Position numbers and translations under genes: made by a program. From Spirochaetota bacterium (GTDB lineage: Bacteria; Spirochaetota; Spirochaetia; Treponematales; UBA12059), in assembly GCA_018816345.1 (NCBI GenBank), contig JAHIWG010000110.1, forward strand, positions 22,399-86,398: DNA of 64,000 nucleotides, read 5' to 3'. Shown in pieces: positions 17,372 to 26,266 of this stretch (the first letter of the stretch is position 1; each line of letters starts with the position of its first letter). The notes under the pieces are model-generated. The model made no database searches, was not told the DNA's origin, and saw only the letters and a program-made list of their open reading frames with translations.

Positions 17372-19030
17372 TCACCGCTTTATCTCCGAAGCGGTCGCCA
17401 ACGACTCCGCTTCCAATATCAGGAACCCCCCGGAGGGTCCCTGGGCTATCAACCGCCCGCCCGATTCCGAGAGGAAGGTCCAACGGCTGACGGGCGCCGA
17501 GCTGGACGCGAGCCCCAGGGTCACGGGATCGAAACGGCCCAGGACCCAGGAATCGCCCCTCTTGACCACGGCGTAGACGGAGGCGCCTATCTTCCAGAGC
17601 GGCGCGTCGGCGAAGACGTCGTCCGTCCCCTGGACGACGTCGGCGTAGTCGGCCTTGGCGACGCGAACCAGCCGGACGGCGCCGCCGGAGGAGGTGACCT
17701 GGCCGGCTACGGCGACGTAGGCGTCCCCTAAGTCGAGAGCGGTAGCCGCCCGTATCGTGTTAAGGGCGCTCTTGCGTATCGTCTCCCCCGTCTTCAAATC
17801 GACGAGGGCTATCCTGGAGAACGGGGCGTCGGGGTCGACGAGCTCGAACAGGGCCACGCCGGCGGCTTCCCTGCTCGCGGCGGCGGCGACCTCGCCCTTG
17901 ATGGCGTCCTTCTGATCCGCGGCTATGGCGGCCCGGTCGGCCGCTATCTCGGTATCCTTCGCGGCGGCCTTCTCCTCGCGGTCGGCCAGGGCCGCCTTGT
18001 CGGCCTCGACGGCGGCCTCGCGGGCGGCTATCTCCGCTTCCTCGGCGCGTGCCTTCTCGGAGACCGCGATGCTGGCCTCCTGCCCGGAGCCGGCGGCCGC
18101 GGCCCCGTCGGCGGGCCCCGGCGCCGCGACCGGCGTTCCGGCCGGCGCCGCCCCCGTCGCGGGAGCTGTCGCGTCCGTCGCGGGAACCGCCTCGGCGGGA
18201 CCGGCGGCCTGGCCCGACGCCGCCTTATCGGCCTCGAGGCGGGCCTTGTCGGCCGCTACTGCGGCCTCCTCTCGGGCGATGCGCTCCTTCTCGGCGGCTA
18301 TCGCGGCCTTCTCCTCTTCCTGGCCGCGCTCCTTGAGGTCGACGACGTCCATGCGCTCGGCCACGCCGCCGGAGGGAGACTCGTCCTTGAGGCTCTGGAC
18401 GGTCGGCGCGTCGGTAATAGGGGTAGTATCGACGGAGCCCAGGACGCCGGAGCCGGCGCGGCTCGATAGGGGCACGACTATCCTCGAGCGCCCGGCCCAC
18501 TCGTCCCAGCGGACGGAGAGGCCCGCGTTAGACTTGTCTAATTCCTTGATGACCACGGGTTTATACTTGGCCGAGAAATAATCCAGGTCGCCCCGGTATA
18601 CGGCGTTATAGATGGTGACGAAGACCGCCAGGGTGTCCGCGTCCTTGGGGGAGTACCCGTAGGCGCCCTCGAGGAACCCGGCGACGATGCGGCGGAGGTT
18701 CTTGACGTGGTCGACGCGGGAGCCCTCGCCTATGACTATGATATCGGCGTCGAAGCCGGCCTTCGTAGCGGGGTCGACCGCGTGGATGACCGAGTAGCGG
18801 CCCACCTCGCCGTAGCGCGGGACGCCGCCGGCCACGGCCCGGCCCAGCGCGCGGCCTATGCCGCGGATCGACTCGGCGGTCTCGACGACAGCGTGCGGAC
18901 CTTCGTAGTTGATGAATTCTATGGCCCGGCCGCCGGCGCTCGAGACCTCCGTCTCGTCCACGTCGAGGGCCGCCGCGGAAAGGGCGAGTCCGAGCGCGGC
19001 CAGGGCCGCGAGAGCGATTCGTTTCGTCAT
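17372..19030 (-). CDS. P83/100 family spirochaete protein
   Basis: Signal peptide, then IEFINYEGPH...IRGIG..L, DHVKNLRRI.AGFL..AYGYS.KDA.TLAVF.T.YNAVYRGDL.YF..KYK, W.EWAG.S.IV.PL; coiled-coil and Ala-rich linker. Confidence 0.88.
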   Translation of the reverse strand: MTKRIALAALAALGLALSAAALDVDETEVSSAGGRAIEFINYEGPHAVVETAESIRGIGRALGRAVAGGVPRYGEVGRYSVIHAVDPATKAGFDADIIVIGEGSRVDHVKNLRRIVAGFLEGAYGYSPKDADTLAVFVTIYNAVYRGDLDYFSAKYKPVVIKELDKSNAGLSVRWDEWAGRSRIVVPLSSRAGSGVLGSVDTTPITDAPTVQSLKDESPSGGVAERMDVVDLKERGQEEEKAAIAAEKERIAREEAAVAADKARLEADKAASGQAAGPAEAVPATDATAPATGAAPAGTPVAAPGPADGAAAAGSGQEASIAVSEKARAEEAEIAAREAAVEADKAALADREEKAAAKDTEIAADRAAIAADQKDAIKGEVAAAASREAAGVALFELVDPDAPFSRIALVDLKTGETIRKSALNTIRAATALDLGDAYVAVAGQVTSSGGAVRLVRVAKADYADVVQGTDDVFADAPLWKIGASVYAVVKRGDSWVLGRFDPVTLGLASSSAPVSRWTFLSESGGRLIAQGPSGGFLILEAESLATASEIKR

Positions 19031-19080
19031 CCCGTTTCTCCTCCCGGCACTCGGCGCCGTCCCGTCAGTATATCGCATCA

Positions 19081-20982
19081 TTACTCGTTCCGCGAGACCC
19101 GCGTCAGGGCCCGCTGCGCCTTTGAGCGCAGCTCGCGGGGGTAATCGCCGCCGGCTATCCTGACGAGCGCCAGGAGCCCGGAGCGATCGTCCAGGGCCCC
19201 GCTCGCGCGGTAGAGCCCGTCTATGGCGTCGACGACGGCCCCGGCGCTACGCGCGTCCAGCCTACCCTCGGCGGCCCGCGCGAAGGCGCCCAAGGCACGT
19301 CCCTCCGGGTCGAGGCCTATGGCGGCGACCGCGGAGGCGGCGGCCGCCCTCACCGCGGGGTCCGGGTCGCGCTCGAAGACCTCCACGAGGATGGGCACGG
19401 CCCGCGGCAGGCCCATCGCTCCCAGGAGACCGCAGGCGTAGACCCTGGGCAGGGGCCCGCTGGGCGCCGGTCCGGAGGCTGAGGCGCCGGAACCGAACGG
19501 GGCGTCGAGGCGCCCCAGCGCGACGGCCGCCGAGTACAGCGAGGAGGCCGTCGCCTCATCGCCTATAGTACCCGATTCCACGTTTTTTTCAATATCGTAG
19601 AGTCTCCTCATGACGGCGTCGTCGTCGTACGGAGCTAGAGACCAGCGCGACTCCTCGGCGGCCGCGGCGTCGACGGCCTCAAGGCCAAGGGAAGCGACAG
19701 CAGGGCCGTCGCCTGCGACGAGCGCTCGCTCGAAGCGGTAGGCGTAGAGTATCCAATCGGCCCCCCCGGCGAAGACGGCGCCGGAGGGCGCTATGGCCGG
19801 CGAGGACGCGGCGTTCGTTAGCCGGAGCGTCCTATAGAGCGAACCGTCGGAACCGTAGCTGCGTACCGCCGTCCTCGACGAAACGACGACCCTTCCCGCG
19901 AAGGCGGCCAGGGCCGCGCCCGAGCCGACCGATCCTATCGAGTTCCGCCAACGCTCCCTCCCGTCCCCGTCTACGGCCAGCAGCGTCCCGTCCGTTCCGA
20001 GCGCGTAGAAGCCTTCGGGCGAGGCGGCCAGCGAGACGGGCCCGGAACCTAGCCTAGGCGCGCCCTCGCCGGCTCCGGCGGCTCCGGCGGCTCCCGAGCC
20101 TCCCGAGCCTCCCGAGCCTCCCGAGCCTCCCGAGCCTCCCGAGCCTCCCGAGCCTCCGGAGACGGGCCGGAGCGCCTCGCCGTCGCGTTCGAGGACTAGG
20201 AGGCGCCCGTCCGACAGCAGGGCCGCGAGCCTCGAGACGCTCGAGGCCAGGATGGCGGGAGCCGAGCCGAGGGAGGCGGCCGCGGGAGGGCCTCCGTCGG
20301 GCGAGAACAGGAGCGCCGTACCGTCCGCGAGCCCGATGGCGGGGCCGCCTCCCGGGCCGACCGCGACGGCGGTGCCGGGGGCCGAGCCGAGGTCCGTCGA
20401 CCACAGGCGCTTTCCGTTCGGCGCGAAGGCGCGCAAGGCGGACCCGGCGGCCACGAAGAGGCGCCCGTCGGACGCGAAAACAGGAGCCGACGACGGCGCG
20501 GCGCCTAGCTCCGCGCGCCAGACCTCCCGCCCGGCCTTATTGAGGAGGGCTATGCCGGTAGCGCCCGAGGAGACGGCCGCGCGCCCGTAGGCGTCGCATG
20601 ATATGAAGGCGGAACGCCGCTCCGCCATGGCGCGCTTCCCTATGGCCACGCCCTCGATCGTTAGCACATACAGGGTCTTGGAGTCCGACAGGAGCCAGGC
20701 CCGTCCCGCGGCTATCGCGGGCCCGGCGCTTACGACGCCGCCCACCGGGAATCGGAAAAGGACGTCGGCCTCTACCGCCGTCCCGCTCGGAGTCCCCGCC
20801 GGCGCCCCGTCCGCCGACCCGGCGGGAGGCGAGGGCTGGGCCGCGCAGGGCGAGAGCGCGACGAGGGCCGCGAGCATGGCCGCCGCGGCTATAGTCCTAC
20901 CCCCGACTACCGTCGGGAACCCGGCTACTGTCGGGAACCCGACTACTGTCGGGAAGCGCCTAGGCGAGCCTGAACCTGACAT
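19081..20982 (-). CDS. PQQ-like beta-propeller repeat protein with C-terminal HEAT repeats
   Basis: Repeated G..(R/L)W and SSAP...DG.LFV blades; C-terminal DPDPAVRAAAASAVAAIG HEAT motif. Start codon uncertain. Confidence 0.75.
   Translation of the reverse strand: MSGSGSPRRFPTVVGFPTVAGFPTVVGGRTIAAAAMLAALVALSPCAAQPSPPAGSADGAPAGTPSGTAVEADVLFRFPVGGVVSAGPAIAAGRAWLLSDSKTLYVLTIEGVAIGKRAMAERRSAFISCDAYGRAAVSSGATGIALLNKAGREVWRAELGAAPSSAPVFASDGRLFVAAGSALRAFAPNGKRLWSTDLGSAPGTAVAVGPGGGPAIGLADGTALLFSPDGGPPAAASLGSAPAILASSVSRLAALLSDGRLLVLERDGEALRPVSGGSGGSGGSGGSGGSGGSGGSGAAGAAGAGEGAPRLGSGPVSLAASPEGFYALGTDGTLLAVDGDGRERWRNSIGSVGSGAALAAFAGRVVVSSRTAVRSYGSDGSLYRTLRLTNAASSPAIAPSGAVFAGGADWILYAYRFERALVAGDGPAVASLGLEAVDAAAAEESRWSLAPYDDDAVMRRLYDIEKNVESGTIGDEATASSLYSAAVALGRLDAPFGSGASASGPAPSGPLPRVYACGLLGAMGLPRAVPILVEVFERDPDPAVRAAAASAVAAIGLDPEGRALGAFARAAEGRLDARSAGAVVDAIDGLYRASGALDDRSGLLALVRIAGGDYPRELRSKAQRALTRVSRNE
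20091..20153. repeat. 9-bp tandem repeat (CTCCCGAGC)x7 encoding a (GGS)7 linker
   Basis: Seven perfect units read directly. Confidence 0.95.
20902..20955. repeat. 18-bp tandem repeat x3 with palindromic units (CCCGACTACTGTCGGGAA)
   Basis: Units start at 20902, 20920 and 20938; they encode FPTVVG/FPTVAG. Confidence 0.9.
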
Positions 20983-22102
20983 GGCTCTCCACGTGGGAGT
21001 TCTGGGGGTAGAAGTCTAGGAGCGAGGCGCTTTCCACCTCGTAGCCCGCCTTGACGAGGAAGCCCGCGTCCCTGGCCAGCGATACGGGATCGCACGATAC
21101 GTAGCCTATGCGTTCGGGGCGGGACGAGGCCAGCCAGGCCCGGACCTGCGCTCCGAGCCCCGCTCGGGGCGGGTCGACGACGACGTAGTCGAAGCGGGCG
21201 CGAGCCTGCGGCGAGCGAGTCCACTCCTCTATCCTGGAAGCCGCGAAGGCGGCCCCGGGGCCGACGTTGGAGCAGGCCAGCCCGATCGAGCGCTTTTCCT
21301 GTTCCACGCAGCAGAGGCTACCGAAGCCCTCCCTGAGGAACGCCGCGAAGAGGCCGACGCCGCAGTACAGGTCGGCCGCCCGCTCTCCCGAGAGCCCGGC
21401 GCAGACGGCCGGCGCGAGGCGCTCGACCATCTCGAGGTTGCTCTGGAAGAATCCGCCGGGGTCGAAGCGGAAGGCCTTGCCCCCTACCTCCACCGTCGCC
21501 TCGCGGTCGACGCCCTCGAGGTAGACACGCTCGCCGTAGCCGAACGCGACGAAGCGCCCGTCGGTCGCGGCCTTGCCGGCCTTGCCAGGCATGCCGGCCC
21601 CGGACTCGAGCCAGAGGCGCAGTGCGGGGACGAGGACGGGGCAGGAACGCACCTCGAGGATATCCGACGACGCGCGCCTGGCATAGCCCAGCCTCCCCGA
21701 GGCGCCCTCGTGGAACTGCGCCCTGTTGCGATAGCCCAGGGGCGAGCAGGGGACGACGTCGAAGCCGACGTCAGCGATGCCGCCCGAGCGTAGCCAGGCG
21801 TCCCGGGCGATGCCTTGCTTGGCTTCCAATTGGGCCTCGTAGCCAAGGTGCTGGAGGTTGCAGCCGCCGCATTCGCCGTAGTAGGGGCACGACGGCTCGG
21901 CGCGGCCGGGCCCCGGCTCCAGGATTGCGACTATTTCCGCGCGGGCGTAGCCGGCCTTCCGCTCGACCAGGCGCGCCTCCAGGAGGTCCCCGGGAGCCGA
22001 GAAAGGCACGAAGACCGCCTGCCCGTCGACGCGACCCATGCCGTCGCCGCCGGGCACGATGCGCTCTATCGCTATGCGCAGCGTCTCGCCGAGCGTCGCC
22101 AT
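20960..22102 (-). CDS. rlmD: TRAM-domain RNA (uracil-5)-methyltransferase, RlmD/RumA family
   Basis: TRAM domain, CPYYGECGGC..QH [4Fe-4S] motif, FFQSN, DLYCGVG, VDPPRAG, YVSCDP..LARD, HVE. Confidence 0.92.
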   Translation of the reverse strand: MATLGETLRIAIERIVPGGDGMGRVDGQAVFVPFSAPGDLLEARLVERKAGYARAEIVAILEPGPGRAEPSCPYYGECGGCNLQHLGYEAQLEAKQGIARDAWLRSGGIADVGFDVVPCSPLGYRNRAQFHEGASGRLGYARRASSDILEVRSCPVLVPALRLWLESGAGMPGKAGKAATDGRFVAFGYGERVYLEGVDREATVEVGGKAFRFDPGGFFQSNLEMVERLAPAVCAGLSGERAADLYCGVGLFAAFLREGFGSLCCVEQEKRSIGLACSNVGPGAAFAASRIEEWTRSPQARARFDYVVVDPPRAGLGAQVRAWLASSRPERIGYVSCDPVSLARDAGFLVKAGYEVESASLLDFYPQNSHVESHVRFRLA

Positions 22103-22106
22103 GGCG

Positions 22107-23348
22107 CTAGTCCTTACGCTCGGGCCGGTAGACGGCCGTCTCTACGCGATTCGCCTCCACTACGGTGACGATGAACGATCCCAGCTCGGTATCGGCCGAG
22201 TCGCCGGGAACCGGTATGCGGTCGAGCGCCCAGGCCACGTAGCCCGCGACGGTCTGCACGTACGGGAGGCTGGGGGTCTCGCCGCCGGAGATCTCGGCGA
22301 GCACCGCGAGCGGGGCGTCGCCGGATACCAGGTAGGAGCCGTCGGCCCGCTTCTCTATCTTCTCGCGGGACTCCTCGCCGGAGTCCTCGTATATCTCGCC
22401 GACTATCTCCTCGACGACGTCGCGCATGGTAACGAGGCCGGCGAGGCCGCCGTACTCGTCGATGACGACGGCGAAGGTATCCTTCCGCTTCTTGAACAGC
22501 GCGAAGAGGTCTCCCACGCTCTTGTTAGGCAGGACGAACAGCGGCTCGGCCATGATCTCCGAGAGGGGCCGCTCGCCCCTGCCTGCGAGCACCTCGACGA
22601 CCGCGTCGCGGACGGAGACGAGGCCGACTATGTTCTCGCTCTCGCCCTCGTATACGGGCACCCGGGAGAAGGCCGCGTCGGAGGCCAGGCGGCACGCGTC
22701 CTCGGCGCTCGTGGACGCGTCCAGGCTGAACACGTCCATGCGGTGCGTCATCATCGCCTGCACGGTCGTGGCACCGAGGCGGAACACGTTCTTGACCATG
22801 CGGCTCTTGGCGTAGTCGATGATGCCCATGTGCTCGGCTATCGACATCATCTGCACCATGGTCTCCATGGAGAGCGAGTCGGGCCGGGAATCGCCGAACA
22901 GGCGCGTAATGAGGGAGCTCAGCGCGTTGACCACGATGACGAACGGCCTAAAAAGGTAGGTACAGACGAGGAGGAGGGGCGCCAGGGCCGCGGCGACCGA
23001 CTCGTTGTGCGCTATCGCGATGCGCTTAGGCGCGACCTCGCCGAAGATCAGCACCACGAGCGTCAGTACGCCCGTCACTATGCCGAGGGCCCAGTCGCCC
23101 CATCTCTCCAAGGCGTAGCGGGTCGCGAGGGCGGAGGCGGTGATATTGACGACGTTGTTGCCGATCAGGATGGTGGAGATGAGCTCGTCGGGCTTGCGCG
23201 CCAGGCGCTCGACTATGGCCCCTCCGCGCCCCCGCTTCTTCATCGCCTCGATCTGGAACAGGGTAAGCGAGGTGAAGGCCGTCTCCACGGACGAGAACAG
23301 GGCGGAGAACACGAGGCAAGCGGCCACGCCGATTATCGAGGCGTTCAA
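22107..23348 (-). CDS. Hemolysin-family CNNM/CBS/CorC protein
   Basis: SALFSSVETAFTSL, TILIGNNVVNI, FGEVAPK, FSRVPVY, VIDEYGG..GLVT..DVVEEIVGEI. Confidence 0.93.
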   Translation of the reverse strand: MNASIIGVAACLVFSALFSSVETAFTSLTLFQIEAMKKRGRGGAIVERLARKPDELISTILIGNNVVNITASALATRYALERWGDWALGIVTGVLTLVVLIFGEVAPKRIAIAHNESVAAALAPLLLVCTYLFRPFVIVVNALSSLITRLFGDSRPDSLSMETMVQMMSIAEHMGIIDYAKSRMVKNVFRLGATTVQAMMTHRMDVFSLDASTSAEDACRLASDAAFSRVPVYEGESENIVGLVSVRDAVVEVLAGRGERPLSEIMAEPLFVLPNKSVGDLFALFKKRKDTFAVVIDEYGGLAGLVTMRDVVEEIVGEIYEDSGEESREKIEKRADGSYLVSGDAPLAVLAEISGGETPSLPYVQTVAGYVAWALDRIPVPGDSADTELGSFIVTVVEANRVETAVYRPERKD

Positions 23349-23446
23349 GGTCGGCCCGCCGCGCGGCTAGCCGGGTAAGGGTCATCCATTCCGATCGATC
23401 CTATACGATAGCCGGCGATCGCGCAAGCGGTACCGTTCCCGCTCGC

Positions 23447-25354
23447 TCATCGCTTGAGCATCTTGACCATGTAGAGCCGGATGTACTCCTCCAGCGCCTG
23501 GTGGTTCCTAATGCGCAGTAGGTTGGGCCTGTCCGCAAGGTTGGCCGACATCGTCTCGATGCGCTCCGGCGTGAAGGACGACGGCCTCATCGAACGGAGG
23601 GCTGTCCTGAGGTAGTCGCGCACGAGGGAGTTTATATCCTCGGTCAGGTTCGCCTTGGCGCTCGGGTCCAGCAGGGTGTTCCACCTCCCGGAGAGGGAGC
23701 GCAGGTGCTCGTCGAGCGTCAGGCCCTTAGGCACCATGCGCTGCTCCGCCGCCCTGGCCATCTGCGAGAACTCCGCGGCGCGGGAGTTTACGGGCCGGTC
23801 GCCAGGCGGCCCGCCCGCCTCGAGCCGGGGCTTCGCGGCCGCGGCCTTCTTGGCGCCGCGCCGGAGGGAGCCCTTGACGAAGAGGCTGATGATCCACGAC
23901 ACGACGGGCACGGAGTACCAGAACGGCAGGAGCATCCTCACGTCCGACAGGAGCCGCTTCCTATCCAGGTCCAGGAGGACGTCGACGCCCGCGGTCCTCG
24001 AGCCCCCGAAGCAGCGGTCAAGGTCCAGCGACGGCTCCTTGGCCCCGCGGCACTCCTGGTAAACGAGCGGGGGCAGCGAGGTCAGGAGGAGCCCCGAGAG
24101 CACGGGCGAGTTCGCCTCCAGGCGCTTCTCGAGCTCCGCCTTGAAAGCCTCGTCGTCGTCCATCGAGGCGCTCCGGCCGAAGTCGGCCAGGATCGCCCTC
24201 CAGTCGCGCGTTATCAGCGGCTTGACGGCGCCCCTGGCCTCGCGCAGCGCCTTCACGATATAGGGGATGAGGGTTTCCTTGGCGACGAGCGAGCCCTTGG
24301 CCTGGCCGGAGCCTATGACGAGGATCTCGGGGAGGAAGCCCTCGGCGGCCTGGGTAGTACGCTCCTGTATCCACGCCTCTAGTTCCTCTCGGGTATACTT
24401 GCCTAGCAGCGGCCTCCCCTGCCCGTCCCTGAAATCGACCACGTCCTCGATGGCGTAGAGGTAGGGGGGCTTCCGCAGCGCGACGGAGAGCGCCTTGAAC
24501 GCGGATTCCCGCTCCTGCTCGCGCTGGGCCTTGTTCTTGAAATGGTTATTGAACACGTCCACCACGTAGGAGGCCTGATAGGCGGCCGTATCGTCGGGCG
24601 TAGGGTCGCCCTTGCTCGACAGGTCCTTGCGTATAGCCGAGGTCAGGTAGGCCCAGAACGAGTACGAGAAATCGCCAGAGCCCTGCCTCATCTCCTGGAC
24701 CGAGTCGAAGGGCTTGATGAGGATGGCCGAAAGGGCGTCCTTGAGCATCCTGTCCTTGCCGGAGAAGGCGCCCGCGAGCCTTTGCTGTATGAAATCCCGG
24801 TTGGATCCCTTGCGCAGGTAATTACGGATCTTCAGCGCCGCGTACTCGAGCAGCTTGTCCCCGACCATCACGGACAGCAGCACTATGGGCTTGAGCCCCT
24901 CGGGGAAGACCAGCCTATAGAGGGGGACGGGCCAATCGCCCTCGTGCCCGACGAGCGAAGGCAAGTCGGTCTCCACCGAGACGGCCTGTATCCACTCGGG
25001 CGGCACCGATAGGCGCAGCGAGTCCTCGTCGGGGAAGGGTATGTCCGGATTCTCCTCCATGCGGCGGTACTCGGCGTAGACGACCTCGGTAAAGGCCTCG
25101 GGGAGGAATATCATGTCGACGCGGTTCTCTACCGCCTGCAGGGAGATCCTGCCGTCCCTGGCCAGCTGGAACAGCTTGGGAACGAGGACGCCGTCGGGGT
25201 GCAGGGCGAGGTCCCTATAGAACGGCTCGGACTGGTCGTACGACTTGGCCTGCCGCTGTATGGCCTGGGCGAACGCCGAATACTCGAAAGCGTTCGACTT
25301 GTTCCGGGCCGCGAAAGTCTTTACTAGTTGAAAGGCGTCAATTTCACGAGGCAT
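23447..25354 (-). CDS. Hypothetical protein (~635 aa), probably spirochaete-conserved
   Basis: Long ORF with host codon usage and one C-terminal hydrophobic segment (LPFWYSVPVVSWIISLF). ATG 25354 lies 7 nt after TAGAAT. Confidence 0.8.
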   Translation of the reverse strand: MPREIDAFQLVKTFAARNKSNAFEYSAFAQAIQRQAKSYDQSEPFYRDLALHPDGVLVPKLFQLARDGRISLQAVENRVDMIFLPEAFTEVVYAEYRRMEENPDIPFPDEDSLRLSVPPEWIQAVSVETDLPSLVGHEGDWPVPLYRLVFPEGLKPIVLLSVMVGDKLLEYAALKIRNYLRKGSNRDFIQQRLAGAFSGKDRMLKDALSAILIKPFDSVQEMRQGSGDFSYSFWAYLTSAIRKDLSSKGDPTPDDTAAYQASYVVDVFNNHFKNKAQREQERESAFKALSVALRKPPYLYAIEDVVDFRDGQGRPLLGKYTREELEAWIQERTTQAAEGFLPEILVIGSGQAKGSLVAKETLIPYIVKALREARGAVKPLITRDWRAILADFGRSASMDDDEAFKAELEKRLEANSPVLSGLLLTSLPPLVYQECRGAKEPSLDLDRCFGGSRTAGVDVLLDLDRKRLLSDVRMLLPFWYSVPVVSWIISLFVKGSLRRGAKKAAAAKPRLEAGGPPGDRPVNSRAAEFSQMARAAEQRMVPKGLTLDEHLRSLSGRWNTLLDPSAKANLTEDINSLVRDYLRTALRSMRPSSFTPERIETMSANLADRPNLLRIRNHQALEEYIRLYMVKMLKR

Positions 25355-25361
25355 GGCAACC

Positions 25362-25390
25362 ATTCTACGTGGAGCGAGCCATTAGGGCAA
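25362..25390 (-). promoter_or_regulatory. Sigma70-type promoter (likely leaderless transcript)
   Basis: TTGCCC-17 nt-TAGAAT-7 nt-ATG. Confidence 0.6.
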
Positions 25391-25391
25391 T

Positions 25392-25425
25392 AAAAAACGG
25401 CCGGAGCCCTGGGGCCGCGGCCGTC
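25392..25425 (-). terminator. Intrinsic terminator after the bS22 gene
   Basis: ACGGCCG...CGGCCGT stem followed by a T-run on the minus strand. Confidence 0.55.
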
Positions 25426-25444
25426 CCGATGCGATAGCGCACGG

Positions 25445-25537
25445 TCACTTGCGGGTCTTATGCCGATTCTTTCTCTTCTTCTTCTTCCGCTTGTGAGTCG
25501 CTATCTTCTTGAGCTTGCGTTTTCTTCCGCAGGGCAC
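25445..25537 (-). CDS. 30S ribosomal protein bS22 (AURKAIP1/COX24-like), 30 aa
   Basis: Below the ORF-track cutoff. GTG 25537 after SD AAGGAG gives MPCGRKRKLKKIATHKRKKKKRKNRHKTRK, nearly identical to Borrelia bS22 as recalled. Confidence 0.9.
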   Translation of the reverse strand: MPCGRKRKLKKIATHKRKKKKRKNRHKTRK

Positions 25538-25675
25538 AGTGGTTCTCCTTATGGACCCGCGACCCGGCGATTACCGGCGCGCGAGTACGCTTAGCTAACG
25601 AAGAGGCTCCGCGCATTATGCACGGGGAGCGCGTCGTCGTCAAGGGCGCCGCGGGCCTGGGAGCCCGGGGGGCGA

Positions 25676-26113
25676 TCAGTGGCGGAGGATCGAGAGGATG
25701 CGCTCGAGCACCTTCTTACGGTCGAGCGGCTTGACTATATAGCTCTTGGCGCCCAAAAGGAGGCTCTTCTTGACGATATCTTCCTTGCCTAGGGCGCTGA
25801 CCATGACGACGACGGCGTTCTTGTCGTATTCCATGATCTTCTCCAAGGCCGCCACGCCGTCCATCTTAGGCATCGTGATGTCCATGGTCACGAGATCGAT
25901 GCCGGGGGACAGTTCCTTGTACTTCTCGAGCCCCGCGAGCCCGTCGCCGGCGGTAGCGATGACGTCGAAGCCCTCGGAGGTCAGGATCTGCCCGAGCTGC
26001 TTGGCTATGAACATGGAATCGTCGACGATGAGCACCCGATAGGGAGTACCCTCGGGCTTGAGCCCCTCGGGCTTCTTGTCGTTGATATTGGGCATGTCAC
26101 TCTTGGCGATCAT
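25676..26113 (-). CDS. cheY: Chemotaxis response regulator CheY (spirochaete type with N-terminal extension)
   Basis: Single receiver domain: VLIVDDS, DLVTMDITMPKMDG, VMVSALG, YIVKP. Confidence 0.88.
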   Translation of the reverse strand: MIAKSDMPNINDKKPEGLKPEGTPYRVLIVDDSMFIAKQLGQILTSEGFDVIATAGDGLAGLEKYKELSPGIDLVTMDITMPKMDGVAALEKIMEYDKNAVVVMVSALGKEDIVKKSLLLGAKSYIVKPLDRKKVLERILSILRH

Positions 26114-26177
26114 GGTCGTGTACGCTCCTTACGTCCCGCCTAGCGAGCAGAGGCTCGAAGCGGAGGCATTCCGTAAA

Positions 26178-26206
26178 TTTATAGTCCATGAACGTGAAGT
26201 CCGCAA
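26178..26206 (-). promoter_or_regulatory. Sigma70-type promoter for cheY
   Basis: TTGCGG-17 nt-TATAAA on the minus strand. Confidence 0.55.
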
Positions 26207-26266
26207 GGGGTTATATGCGAATGAGGTTTTCTAGAGATTTAAACGATGCATGATATAGTAATGCCC

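Noticed and set aside
20902-20955. CRISPR-like palindromic repeats (also 42586-42670)
   Set aside because: Units are 17-18 bp, directly adjacent with no unique spacers, and no cas genes are present.
25458-25643. 61-aa ORF in the ORF track
   Set aside because: Wrong frame; the bS22 ORF (25445-25537) with a strong SD explains the region.
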